A DNA stretch of 64,000 nt from Candidatus Obscuribacterales bacterium (GCA_965228855.1 CBDDIJ010000005.1:1344001-1408000), one strand, 5' to 3'. Shown: positions 49,676-60,080, numbered from the stretch's first letter. Translations and numbers: made by a program. The notes: generated by a model not told the origin, from the sequence alone.

Positions 49676-51811
49676 GTGTTTTCTGAAAACGCCATCAAGG
49701 TTCTGGAAAAGCGATACTTCTTAAAGGATGCCACCGGCAAACCTTTGGAAGATGCCGCCGCGCTCTTCAAAAGGGTTGCAGACACTATCGCTTCCGTCGA
49801 CAAGAAGAGTTCTGCTGAGGAAGTTGCAAAACTTGCCTCCGAGTTTTACGACATGATGATCAATCGCGAGTTCATGCCGAATTCACCGACCTTGATGAAT
49901 GCTGGTAAGCAGGGCGGACAACTCTCCGCTTGTTTTGTTTTACCGGTGCCGGATTCTCTGGAAGGCATTTTTGAGACCTGCAAAAACGCAGCGCTCATTC
50001 ATAAAACCGGCGGGGGGACGGGGTTTTCATTTAGCAGGCTTCGTCCAGCTAATGATCCGGTAGCTTCATCCTGCGGAGTGGCCTCGGGACCGGTAAGCTT
50101 CATGACCGTTTATGATGCAGCCACTGAAGCGATTCGTCAGGGTGGTACCAGGCGTGGTGCCAATATGGGAATGCTGCGTGTCGATCATCCCGATATCGAG
50201 ATGTTTATTGCCGCAAAACGAGAGACTGACAGGCTCAATAACTTCAATATCTCAGTGGCAATCACCAATCCATTTATGAAAGCTCTAGCCGAAGATGGTG
50301 AGTACGAACTGATACACCCCAGCACTGGCAAGCCTGTCAAAAAAGTGAGAGCCCGAGCCATATTCGATTCGATCGTGGAAAACGCTCATGCCACGGGAGA
50401 ACCAGGTCTTGTTTTCATAGACCGGATCAACGCACACGATCCGGTGCGATTGCAACTCGACGATGAAGGCAATGTCATCGCCGGAACTGAAGACATCGAG
50501 GCCACAAATCCTTGTGGCGAGCAGCCTCTGGGACCAGGCGATGCCTGCAACCTGGGTTCTATCAACGTCGCACAGTTTGTGGATGAGGCAAAGAAAGACT
50601 TTGACTGGAAGCGTCTGGAACACACTGTCAAACAGTCGGTCCGCTTTCTCGACAATGTGATTGATGCCAACACTTATCCGCTTCAGTTCATTGCCAGCGC
50701 CACGCTTAACAACAGACGTATCGGTCTTGGAGTGATGGGGTGGGCGGAAGCATTGATCAAGCTGGGCATCTCCTACGATTCTGAAGAAGCTTTGACCGCA
50801 GCAGAATCACTAATGCAGTTTTTCCAGACTACTGCTCATGCGGCTTCACGCGAACTCGCCGAAAAACGTGGGGCGTTTCCGAATTGGCAATTCACCTCCT
50901 GGCACGACAAAGGGATCAAGCTTCGCAATGCGACCGTCACAACGATAGCTCCGACTGGAACAATCTCTATCATTGCAGGTACATCTTCTGGTATTGAGCC
51001 ACTCTTCGCGATCTCCTATGTTCGTCGAGTACTCGGTGGCACTGAACTCATCGAAGTCAACCCTTTGTTCGAGAAGATCGCTAAAGAGCGCGGTTTTTAC
51101 TCGGTCGAACTCATGGAGAGAATTGCCAGAGAAGGCACGCTCAAGCATGTTGATGGCGTGCCTGACGACATCAAACGACTGTTCGTGTCATCCCACGACA
51201 TATCATTCGAGTGGCACGTTCGAATGCAGGCCGCCTTCCAGAAGCATACGGACAATGCTGTTTCCAAAACCATCAATTTCCCTGTCGAGGCAAGTTGCGA
51301 AGACATCGAAAAAGCATACCTCTTAGCGTGGGAGCTCAGTCTCAAGGGCATCACGGTATATCGCGATGCTTCCAGACAATCTCAGGTCCTCAACATAGCC
51401 AAAACAGACCCACTCAAGAAAGCTGACTCGGCTAGTGTCTCGGTGACTCTGATCGACACGACAAAAGAGCATGGCGTCTGTGCCATCACGCCAAACGCTT
51501 CCAGCAGTGGAGGTCTATTAGAAGATTCAAAAAAGTGCAGTTCGAAGATCGTTGCGGGGACTGTTACTAGTCCTCCAGCGGTGCCCGCCGAGGCTGTCGA
51601 TATCGCGAACATATCAAACAGACAACCTCGTCATGATACAAAATTAGTTGGCTCGGGACCGGCTACCCAAGCGCAGTTCCAGTCAGCGTTTCGAGGGGCG
51701 CCAAAAAAATTCCAATCTGACGCTTGCCCCGAATGCGGCTACCAGTCAAGATCTCTCGTCAAATACGAAGCATGTTTGATGTGTGTATCCTGCGGTTATA
51801 CTAAGTGCTAA
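49676..51811 (+). CDS. nrdJ: Class II (adenosylcobalamin-dependent) ribonucleotide reductase
   Basis: FMPNSPTLMNAG, LSACFV, GGGTG, QGGTRRGANM, ATNPCGEQ, CNLGS, IAPTGTIS, KGITVYRD; C-terminal Cys4-type tail; no nrdB nearby. Confidence 0.93.
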   Translation: MFSENAIKVLEKRYFLKDATGKPLEDAAALFKRVADTIASVDKKSSAEEVAKLASEFYDMMINREFMPNSPTLMNAGKQGGQLSACFVLPVPDSLEGIFETCKNAALIHKTGGGTGFSFSRLRPANDPVASSCGVASGPVSFMTVYDAATEAIRQGGTRRGANMGMLRVDHPDIEMFIAAKRETDRLNNFNISVAITNPFMKALAEDGEYELIHPSTGKPVKKVRARAIFDSIVENAHATGEPGLVFIDRINAHDPVRLQLDDEGNVIAGTEDIEATNPCGEQPLGPGDACNLGSINVAQFVDEAKKDFDWKRLEHTVKQSVRFLDNVIDANTYPLQFIASATLNNRRIGLGVMGWAEALIKLGISYDSEEALTAAESLMQFFQTTAHAASRELAEKRGAFPNWQFTSWHDKGIKLRNATVTTIAPTGTISIIAGTSSGIEPLFAISYVRRVLGGTELIEVNPLFEKIAKERGFYSVELMERIAREGTLKHVDGVPDDIKRLFVSSHDISFEWHVRMQAAFQKHTDNAVSKTINFPVEASCEDIEKAYLLAWELSLKGITVYRDASRQSQVLNIAKTDPLKKADSASVSVTLIDTTKEHGVCAITPNASSSGGLLEDSKKCSSKIVAGTVTSPPAVPAEAVDIANISNRQPRHDTKLVGSGPATQAQFQSAFRGAPKKFQSDACPECGYQSRSLVKYEACLMCVSCGYTKC

Positions 51812-51951
51812 CCGGTTACCAAAGGATTCCCGAAGGCATATGTTGGTTCTGACCTTCTCTTCCTGCGGTAAATAGCTCGACTCAGGGCTCCGCTAATCTA
51901 TAGATAGCGAGACAACCGAGCTGACGGCACGTACCTATAAGGAGAAGCGTC

Positions 51952-52521
51952 ATGTCCATACTTGTCGACCATGAAATTAGAGAGGAAATTCGCTCGGAAC
52001 GTCTCATTATTGAGCCGTTCGACGACTCACTCATCCAACCTAATTCGATCGACGTTAGACTTGCAGACCGTTTCTCCTGGCATGAAAACGGCGATGGGGT
52101 CATCGATCCCTACAAATCGGAGAGCGTGCTCGAAGGTCTCGTTCATGTAGTTGGAGACAGCATCGTCATCCAGCCGCATCAATTTGTTCTCGGAGCGACT
52201 CTTGAGAAAGTATGCTTGCCGGACGACATTGTCGGACAGCTCACAGGCAAGTCAAGCCTGGCAAGACTCGGCGTGATGGTTCACGTTACCGCCGGATTCA
52301 TCGACGCCGGCTTCAGCAACCCACCTGCACAGATCACGCTGGAGATCGTCAATGTGGGCAATCGACCGGTTCGTCTCCACGCTGGAATGTGCATTGCCCA
52401 AATGGTATTCACAAGGACCGCACGCTGTGAAGTCCCATACAACTTGAAACCATCCGCAAAATATAACGGTCAACCGGCGGCCGCTCACAGCCGCTACTAC
52501 CTCAACAGTGTCAGCGGCTGA
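51952..52521 (+). CDS. dcd: dCTP deaminase
   Basis: IQPNSIDVRL, GKSSLARLG..VH.TAGFIDAGF, ITLEI.N, KY.GQ. Confidence 0.95.
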   Translation: MSILVDHEIREEIRSERLIIEPFDDSLIQPNSIDVRLADRFSWHENGDGVIDPYKSESVLEGLVHVVGDSIVIQPHQFVLGATLEKVCLPDDIVGQLTGKSSLARLGVMVHVTAGFIDAGFSNPPAQITLEIVNVGNRPVRLHAGMCIAQMVFTRTARCEVPYNLKPSAKYNGQPAAAHSRYYLNSVSG

Positions 52522-52879
52522 AAAGCTGGCATCGATGGGTCAGAGGTATCGAGAAATAGCGCCGACCTCGACGAAATCGACGAGACCAAGTAATCGCTGA
52601 TCGCAACTTGCGTTGGCGTACCTTAAATCTTCTCGCCCAGGCTACGGACGGGAAGATTTTTGTATGCGCGAAAATGCCTGTAGTATTGAATAATCGGCAT
52701 TTGTTTAAAACGTTTAATAAACCACAGTGGGAATCTTCCCATGGCCCCCGTGGTTACACGCATTTACCACCCCATACTCTCGGTCTTAATATCTGAATAC
52801 CGCTAACAGCGAGGCACAAGCTCAATTTTTCCTGATGGCGTAGTGAGTGCCAGTTTTTATAACTCGGAGGAGTTAAACA

Positions 52880-55330
52880 ATGGGAGATGGTCCTTTCAGA
52901 GAGCCCCAAGAACCCGGAAATGCCCCAGGTAGAGCCCGGTACGGCGGCTTATCCCCGTTAGTCGAAGACATGGGCAAACCAAAGCCCAAATCTTCTGATC
53001 CATATTTTACGCCGCCATCAGACGGTACGCCGGGAAGAGGCAGACCTTATCTAGATCCGCCGGCATTCAAGCCTGGCGGCGAACAGCAAAATCCAGGCGG
53101 ACAGCCGCCGGTAGCTCCAGCGCCGGAAGTGCGTCAGCCAGAGCAGCCCAAGTGGACGCCACCCAAGAACACACCGGATTGGAATACAAAGCAACCCTAC
53201 AGCGATGCGGCGAAGCCGGGTCAACAGCAACAGTCGCCGCTTGGAGACGCCATCGGTAGCAAGTCTAAGTTGATGGTCGAATCGCGCGACGTTCAACGTG
53301 GCTCGAATCTCTCTAAAGCGATCATCGGCGGCACCGCGGCTGGCTTGTTCGGAGAGCCTCTGATCAAGGTCACCGGCGCTGCCGCAGACAAAGGTATAGC
53401 GGTCCAGGGCGATGGACTCTTCTCGCGTGGTCTCCGCAGCACCGCGGAAATCTGGAAGAACAACGTCGACCCGGTCGGCATACACTCATCGCAGATTGCC
53501 AAAGAAGAGTCAATCGTGGGCAAAGCATTTGCCGGCGTCGAGAAAACGTACACGATGGACGAACAACTTCTCACCAAGATGAAGTCATCGAGCGCTCTGC
53601 TCCCTGAAGAGCGCGCTCACCTTCTAACTTTGAAAACGGGTCTGGGCATCAAAGATGATGCAAAACTCGTTCAAGTCTTGATGGAGCGTCAGGCACACTT
53701 CAACCCAACCGCCATCAAAGCCTTGAATTCAGCCGAAACAGTCGATCACCTTGCGAAAATTCGCGCACTCGAGTTATCTGCAGATCAGAAGATCCTGACG
53801 ACCGCAGAGAGAGGGCTTCTCGAAACACGCTCATTGGCGCTTAAAAACATCGGCACGCTTGAAGTGGCAGCGAAAGAGGCTGGTACTGAAGCAAAATGGT
53901 TTACCGGAAAAGGCGCATGGAGCAATTTCAAAACCGCATTCGGTCTCACGTTGGGTTCCGGTGCGGCAATCGAAATCGACCATACCGTTCGCGATCGCAT
54001 GTATGGCAAAGATGCAAAATCACTGGAGACAACCAGTTTGACGGTACCACTGGCCATGGCTCTGGGCGCCGGATTCAAAGGCAAAACAGCATTGACTGTC
54101 GGTGCAGTTCTTGGCGGTCACCTGATTGATGGCGCGATTCCGAACGTATCAGTTCCTGAATCATTGAAGCACTTCACCGCATGGGACGCCGTTCCCATGG
54201 GTCTGGCATTCGTGATGCCCAGCAAGAGCAAAATGGTCAAAGCCGCACTGGTAGGCGGTGCCTGGGCGCTGGGCAATACTGCAGAGAGCGCATTCACCGG
54301 ACCATCCGCCGGTGATATCGAGAGTCGAGCAATCGATACGTCCAAGCAAGATAAAACTGAGCGGACCTTTGGCTCCTTTGAGAAAACGGTAGAAGGCTTC
54401 AAAGAACTCGGTCAGAAAAACGAAATCATTCTGGAGCAAAACCTCGGTCAACTTCTTGTAGATTCAAACAAGAATTACAAGACCATGAGTCAGGAAGAAA
54501 AACTCGGCGCGCACCGCACGACGGCTGCACTGGCAAGAGCACTCGGCGAATACCGCCTGGAGCATGGAACGAGATTGGCAGCTGGAACGACAGACCGCCC
54601 AACTTACATTCTTGACGGACTCGATCTGGACATGGGTGGCGACGCACTCGCCTTCTTGCAAATGTCGCGCAACAGCGTGAAAGGTTCGCAAGCCATGACC
54701 AAAATCATGATGGACAACCAGGCTTTTGGAACCAAGGTCACAGAACAAGAAGTCAAAGACCTGGACCGCGTCGCTGACAAAGTGAATGCCGACATCAATA
54801 AGATAACCGGCAAGCACGATCTTGAAAAAGCGATGGGTCAACTTTCGAACTTCATCGAAAGAGGTACCACCGCCAGCGGTGCTACCCTCAACAAGGAAAT
54901 CGCTTTCCACAAGACTTTCGTTGAAGAGCTCAATAAAAAGCTCGGAAGAAATATGCCGAATCTTCGGATGAGCAATGGCGAGATGAACCCTGATGCAGCG
55001 CTGATGGTTTCGAAACTGCTTCGAGATCAAGCACTTGCCAAACTGGCTCAAACCGCTTACAAGCTCGACCACGGTGATGACCCTATCGGCGCTGGTCAAC
55101 TCTTGTACGGCACACCGCAAGGTCGCAATGAGATTCTTCCGGGAACCGACAAGCCCAAAGGCTTCGATGGCGCAATGCAAGCAATCATGCTGGCTGAAAA
55201 ACTGGCGCCGGACAATCCGGATCTGGCTGAACTCAAAGCGATTGCTACTCGCCTGCACGAACAAGTTCAAGCGAAGGCACCATCGCAATACTCGAATTAC
55301 AAAACCAATCCGCTGGGCGTCCGCCCCTAG
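52880..55330 (+). CDS. Large hypothetical protein, Pro-rich N-terminus, Gly/Ala-rich hydrophobic hairpins
   Basis: 816-aa ORF with GGAGGAG RBS and its own terminator; no recognised domain. Confidence 0.8.
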   Translation: MGDGPFREPQEPGNAPGRARYGGLSPLVEDMGKPKPKSSDPYFTPPSDGTPGRGRPYLDPPAFKPGGEQQNPGGQPPVAPAPEVRQPEQPKWTPPKNTPDWNTKQPYSDAAKPGQQQQSPLGDAIGSKSKLMVESRDVQRGSNLSKAIIGGTAAGLFGEPLIKVTGAAADKGIAVQGDGLFSRGLRSTAEIWKNNVDPVGIHSSQIAKEESIVGKAFAGVEKTYTMDEQLLTKMKSSSALLPEERAHLLTLKTGLGIKDDAKLVQVLMERQAHFNPTAIKALNSAETVDHLAKIRALELSADQKILTTAERGLLETRSLALKNIGTLEVAAKEAGTEAKWFTGKGAWSNFKTAFGLTLGSGAAIEIDHTVRDRMYGKDAKSLETTSLTVPLAMALGAGFKGKTALTVGAVLGGHLIDGAIPNVSVPESLKHFTAWDAVPMGLAFVMPSKSKMVKAALVGGAWALGNTAESAFTGPSAGDIESRAIDTSKQDKTERTFGSFEKTVEGFKELGQKNEIILEQNLGQLLVDSNKNYKTMSQEEKLGAHRTTAALARALGEYRLEHGTRLAAGTTDRPTYILDGLDLDMGGDALAFLQMSRNSVKGSQAMTKIMMDNQAFGTKVTEQEVKDLDRVADKVNADINKITGKHDLEKAMGQLSNFIERGTTASGATLNKEIAFHKTFVEELNKKLGRNMPNLRMSNGEMNPDAALMVSKLLRDQALAKLAQTAYKLDHGDDPIGAGQLLYGTPQGRNEILPGTDKPKGFDGAMQAIMLAEKLAPDNPDLAELKAIATRLHEQVQAKAPSQYSNYKTNPLGVRP

Positions 55331-55356
55331 CAGCTAGATTGTGTTTGAACTTCACG

Positions 55357-55386
55357 ACCGCGCCCCAACTCAGGGGCGCGGTTTTT
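55357..55386 (+). terminator. Intrinsic terminator
   Basis: ACCGCGCCCC-aactca-GGGGCGCGGT followed by TTTT. Confidence 0.88.
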
Positions 55387-55467
55387 CGTTGAGAGTTAAT
55401 CACTTGACTTGAACTTTTTGGTGCGCCAATACGTATTTAGAAGTAGAAGGGTCAACGGAGTTGAACA

Positions 55468-57762
55468 ATGAAGCCACCAATCGTCACGGTGATTGGCTCG
55501 CTTTCGTTTGCGTCCGGTTGTCTTGTCGTCGCAAGTTGCGCCGATAGACTTACCGCCGGAAGCAGGCTGCTACAGCGCATAGCCAACGAAAACGCAGACG
55601 CACCATTAATCGTAAACCAGTTGATCGCGTGCCTGGAACTTGCATGGCCGGCGTTGCTTACTGTTGCGCTAGCCGGTGCGACCGTAGCGTGGCTAGCGGG
55701 CAGACGCATACTGGCCGGTGTTCTGCTGGTTACGCCGTTTATTGCAACCATTTACGCACTTAGCAGATTACCCAGACCCGATCCGTCTGACCTCTGGTTT
55801 CAACGCAACGCCGGCAACGTCGAGTGTATTTGTCGCGTCGAATCAGTCAGAAACAAGAACAGCCTTGTATGCTCCCCGGTGGAGATGACCTTCCCAACAA
55901 GAAAATGTTTGGGAGGCAAACTTCTTGTCACCATATTTGGTGCAAGCACTAAGCAACAAACCTACGGTATTGGCGAATCTATCACAGTCCTGGGGCGGAT
56001 ATCGCAGCTGCACGAAGCTCCCGCATCCTGGCAGAGAAACGAACGAAGCAGGCTGATTGGAAGCGGAATCTTCTCCAAAATCTCTACGGATGAGAACAGC
56101 ATCAAGCGAAACGGTTCATCAACTGACAGGATTCAACACTCGATTAAACCAATTGAAGAAGAGACGCTTTCTACAAAGTGGCAAAACTTCTGGCAACGCG
56201 CTCGAGAGGAAATCATCCGCGCGCATTCCAACAGCCTGGGCCCGGGCAAGGGCGATCTTTTATCCTCAATGGTATTGGGCGACCGCGTGGTGAAATTGCC
56301 AAAGGAAATTAAGGAGCTCTTCCGCGACGTGGGGCTGTCGCATCTGCTCGCGGCATCAGGGTTCAACCTTTCGATAGTGGTAGCATCCAGCTACTTTCTC
56401 GCACGCCTGTTGCCGGTACGCCCTCAGTTCGCGAGCCTATTTGCACTTGCAGCTACAGCCTGTTTTGTTTGTCTTGCTGGTCCCTCGCCGTCCGTGGTGC
56501 GGGCGGCCATGCTATCGGTATTCTTTCTCGTTGCCAAACTGTTTGCGCGCAAACTTCACAGCCTCGCTGCATTATCGCTGGTTCTCACTGTCGCGCTGGC
56601 GATTGACCCGCTGAGCGCATCGGACGTTGGCCTGCAGCTTTCGTATCTCGCAACCGCCGGTATCATCAGTGGAGCTCAATCGGCAATTGGTCGACCGAAG
56701 ACAAAGGGACTTTTGGAAGGGGTCCTGCGATGGCTTCAAGACTCCGCTTCGGTTATTTGTCTCGCACAGCTTTCCGTCTTGCCCATCCAGCTAATTTACT
56801 TTCAGTATGCCGGGGTTCTCTTTCTTCCGGCAAATTTGCTCGTGGATCCGGTGGTCGCACCAGTAACGGTGCTGGGTTTCATCTCATCAATCATCGTTTT
56901 CACCGCATCACTGCTTCCGTTTACAATCACAGGTAGCGGCATGCTAGTCGAATCGATCGACAAGCTTACCGCGCTTCCTCTCGACTATATGATGCAATGC
57001 GCGTCCTGGCTCGCATCCATAAAAGGCACCATGATCCGTATGGGGCCACCGGTGCCATTCGCATTGCCGATTTACTATTTTTGTCTTGCATACTTCTTCT
57101 ACGTTTTGCCGCGGAAAAACCTACGATCATTGGGATTGATCGTCCTTCTCGCCGGACTTTCCATCCTCTTATTCCGACCGAACATACCAGATGAGATTAT
57201 TTACCTGTCTGAAAAAACAGCCCTCACGATGACCACAAAGTCCGGAGTGGTGTTAAACGATGACAGCCCGGACTGGCTCAGCAAGCAACTCTTGAAATAC
57301 AGCGGAATCGAAAAGATTGAAGGCAATGCTAATCTAGATGTTCCCAGCCAAGTCACAATACCGACAAAACGGCGAGTCGGAAAAACAGCTCCAAAAGCCT
57401 CGTTCAATATCGGGATAAGGGAAACCCAAAACTTCGCTATCGTTTCACAGCACTCCTCGGAGAAATGCAGAGAAACACCTCTGACATGGACTCAATCTCA
57501 GTATGTTTTAGAGATGCTTGGGAACGACAGCGTTCAACTCACCGGAAAACCTCTACTGATCTGGACCAGGGGCTATAGGTCAACAATCAGAAGATGCAAA
57601 TTCATCAATCCGCAAAAGGTATATTTGGCTCTCGTCGACAGCCGAAATCCGCTGATAATTAGCCGCACTCCGACAGGTCCAGCTAATAAAATCACAGATG
57701 GAGAGACCTTCTATCCCTTGCGAATTCGCAGAAAGGAGGATGACGTTCTGGTTCTTCGATAA
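55468..57762 (+). CDS. comEC: ComEC/Rec2-family competence protein
   Basis: OB-like region, SMVLGD, F...GLSHLLAASGFN, PSVVRA, DVGLQLSYLAT.GI, P.Q...F, ANLL. Confidence 0.9.
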   Translation: MKPPIVTVIGSLSFASGCLVVASCADRLTAGSRLLQRIANENADAPLIVNQLIACLELAWPALLTVALAGATVAWLAGRRILAGVLLVTPFIATIYALSRLPRPDPSDLWFQRNAGNVECICRVESVRNKNSLVCSPVEMTFPTRKCLGGKLLVTIFGASTKQQTYGIGESITVLGRISQLHEAPASWQRNERSRLIGSGIFSKISTDENSIKRNGSSTDRIQHSIKPIEEETLSTKWQNFWQRAREEIIRAHSNSLGPGKGDLLSSMVLGDRVVKLPKEIKELFRDVGLSHLLAASGFNLSIVVASSYFLARLLPVRPQFASLFALAATACFVCLAGPSPSVVRAAMLSVFFLVAKLFARKLHSLAALSLVLTVALAIDPLSASDVGLQLSYLATAGIISGAQSAIGRPKTKGLLEGVLRWLQDSASVICLAQLSVLPIQLIYFQYAGVLFLPANLLVDPVVAPVTVLGFISSIIVFTASLLPFTITGSGMLVESIDKLTALPLDYMMQCASWLASIKGTMIRMGPPVPFALPIYYFCLAYFFYVLPRKNLRSLGLIVLLAGLSILLFRPNIPDEIIYLSEKTALTMTTKSGVVLNDDSPDWLSKQLLKYSGIEKIEGNANLDVPSQVTIPTKRRVGKTAPKASFNIGIRETQNFAIVSQHSSEKCRETPLTWTQSQYVLEMLGNDSVQLTGKPLLIWTRGYRSTIRRCKFINPQKVYLALVDSRNPLIISRTPTGPANKITDGETFYPLRIRRKEDDVLVLR

Positions 57763-57845
57763 ATTCAACTTGCTTGTTTGGCACAGATACGTCATATTTC
57801 TCTAGGAGTCACGTATGAGATTTCAATGCAAGCAGCCCTTTTGTA

Positions 57846-60080
57846 ATGACGAAAACCGCACCACCAGAAGACATTTGCTCCAAGTGCGGCAAACAAAGAC
57901 GCGAACTCAAGAAGATGTCACTGACGCAATGGGTGTTTGCGGCAGGTGCTTGCAATTGTGATAGTCCGGTCAGAAACTCAGACGCGGCAAACGAATTCAC
58001 TTCCATGGTCGAGATCTGCGACCACTGCGGCTTGCCCGTAGTCGCCGGCCGCGCTGGCTCAATGACTCAATGGATCTTCCGAGCAAACAGCTGCTCATGC
58101 GCTGCAAAGCATTCGCTCAACCAATCGGATGAACGGACAAAAAACAACAAAACATCCACTTCTGGACCTTCCGAAAAGGTTTCACGTACATCAGCCGCCG
58201 ACGACCCGATCGATGAGGAACCGACTCCGCTCACCATCGAACTCGGTCTTCCGAAGGAGCGTTATCATGTACTCCAACTCGTCGGCAGTGGCGCGGTCTC
58301 TAAAGTTTATAAGTGCCTGGATAAGCTTCTACAGCGGGACGTAGCTATCAAGTTTCTCATCAATGATCGATGGACAAACCATGATCTCATGCAGTTTCAA
58401 ACGGAAGCAAAAGCGACAAGCAAACTGACACATCCAAATATCATAACCGTCCACGATTTTGGGTTAACAACAAAGGGGCAACCATATATGGTGCTCGAGT
58501 TTTTCACAGGAGTTTCCCTCGAAGATCTCATAAGCACGCGAGGTCCCTTGCCTGAAGATATTGCAGCAGAAATAGGAGCTCAGATCGCCGCAGCCATGCA
58601 GTATGCACACGGCAAAGGCGTTCTCCATCGCGACATCAAACCGGCGAACATCATGCTGATTGAAACCGATGATAACGTCGTGGCAAAGATCATAGACTTC
58701 GGAATCGCAGACTTGAACGCAAATGAAAGGCTGGCAGTCGACGGTAACTCGTTGGCAGGTACGCCGAGTTACATGAGTCCCGACCAACTTGCCGGCAGGA
58801 AAGCTGATCCGCGCTCAGATATCTACTCGTTAGGCTGCACCTTATTCGAGGCAATGACGGGTCGTCCTCCGTTCGAGGGGGCAAGCTCTCTGGAAATCGT
58901 GACCAAACACGCGAATGAATCACCACCCACTCTTCGAGAAGCGCTCCCGGAGCGCACATTCAGCGACAACATCGAGCAAGCAATCGCGACGACACTGCGC
59001 AAAGATCCAGAAAAACGATTTGAAAACATGGAAGACCTGCACTCAGCACTTACCAGTCTCCATCAACCAGTCGCGCCGTCAAGCAGCATCGATTCAACAG
59101 TTCCCGATATCACGCCAGCGAATCGCAGTCCTGCAAACGACAATAAACGAACGGCCAGAAACGTTTCTCTAATCGCATTATCGATCGGAATTCTCATAGG
59201 CGGAGTTACTCTTGTTGCTCCGATTCTCACAAAATCGGAAAGCGCCTCCGGCGATGCGAAGAAGAACCGCCGCTCATCCAGCGAGGCGCCCGAGAAACTC
59301 GACGACATTCGTTGGCAATCTCCATTCGGTCCGGACATTCAAGAAAACATGCAGACCAACGAGGTTCTGAAAGAATTCGAACATCGGAGAAACGTTCAAA
59401 ACATTTCAGTTCGCGGCGCCAACATAAATGACGACGGTTTGAAATACATAATGAACTGCGGGGTTTATTCACTGGGCTTGGAAGCCAGCAAAATCAGCAA
59501 CAAAGGATTTAAACAAATTTGCTCGATCAAAACATTGAGGCTCCTGAACCTGAGCCATTGCCCACAGCTGACCGACTACTCGTGTTTGAAACTGTGTCCG
59601 GAATTAACATCCCTCTGGCTTCTCAACAATGAACTTACAGATAAGGAACTCGAAAACTTCGCCGGTCTGCAAAAGCTCAATTCGACCAACCTGTCAGGCA
59701 ATCCAGGCATAACCGGAACTGGCTTTATCCACTTCCGAAATTTGAAAGCTCTCAGAGACTTGCGACTGAACAGCTTACAGTTCACCACCGACGGTATCAA
59801 ACGATTATCAGAGTTGAAGCAGGTGGAACTGCTTCAGCTGCGCTACTCGAACATTACCGACGCAGATTTGGACCAGATCGTAACCATGAGCCATCTCAGG
59901 TCTCTCAGCTTGATTCGCACAGATATCTCCGACTCCGGTATCATGAAGCTGGCCAACCTCCCTCATCTTGAAACTGTCTTTCTCGGCACCTGCAAAAACG
60001 TTACTTCAGAAGGCATAGCAAAATTGCAGAAGCGAAAACCTGGTCTCACCATTGACACCAACCAGGCCTACACACTTTAG
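57846..60080 (+). CDS. Ser/Thr protein kinase with N-terminal Cys-rich repeats, single TM and C-terminal LRRs
   Basis: GSGAVS, VAIK, HRDIKPAN, DFG, GTPSYMSPD; TM SLIALSIGILIGGVTLVAPIL; LRRs (I.D.GL..L). Confidence 0.92.
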   Translation: MTKTAPPEDICSKCGKQRRELKKMSLTQWVFAAGACNCDSPVRNSDAANEFTSMVEICDHCGLPVVAGRAGSMTQWIFRANSCSCAAKHSLNQSDERTKNNKTSTSGPSEKVSRTSAADDPIDEEPTPLTIELGLPKERYHVLQLVGSGAVSKVYKCLDKLLQRDVAIKFLINDRWTNHDLMQFQTEAKATSKLTHPNIITVHDFGLTTKGQPYMVLEFFTGVSLEDLISTRGPLPEDIAAEIGAQIAAAMQYAHGKGVLHRDIKPANIMLIETDDNVVAKIIDFGIADLNANERLAVDGNSLAGTPSYMSPDQLAGRKADPRSDIYSLGCTLFEAMTGRPPFEGASSLEIVTKHANESPPTLREALPERTFSDNIEQAIATTLRKDPEKRFENMEDLHSALTSLHQPVAPSSSIDSTVPDITPANRSPANDNKRTARNVSLIALSIGILIGGVTLVAPILTKSESASGDAKKNRRSSSEAPEKLDDIRWQSPFGPDIQENMQTNEVLKEFEHRRNVQNISVRGANINDDGLKYIMNCGVYSLGLEASKISNKGFKQICSIKTLRLLNLSHCPQLTDYSCLKLCPELTSLWLLNNELTDKELENFAGLQKLNSTNLSGNPGITGTGFIHFRNLKALRDLRLNSLQFTTDGIKRLSELKQVELLQLRYSNITDADLDQIVTMSHLRSLSLIRTDISDSGIMKLANLPHLETVFLGTCKNVTSEGIAKLQKRKPGLTIDTNQAYTL

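Noticed and set aside
54464..55288. 274-aa antisense ORF
   Set aside because: Antisense shadow of the 816-aa gene, which has the RBS and terminator
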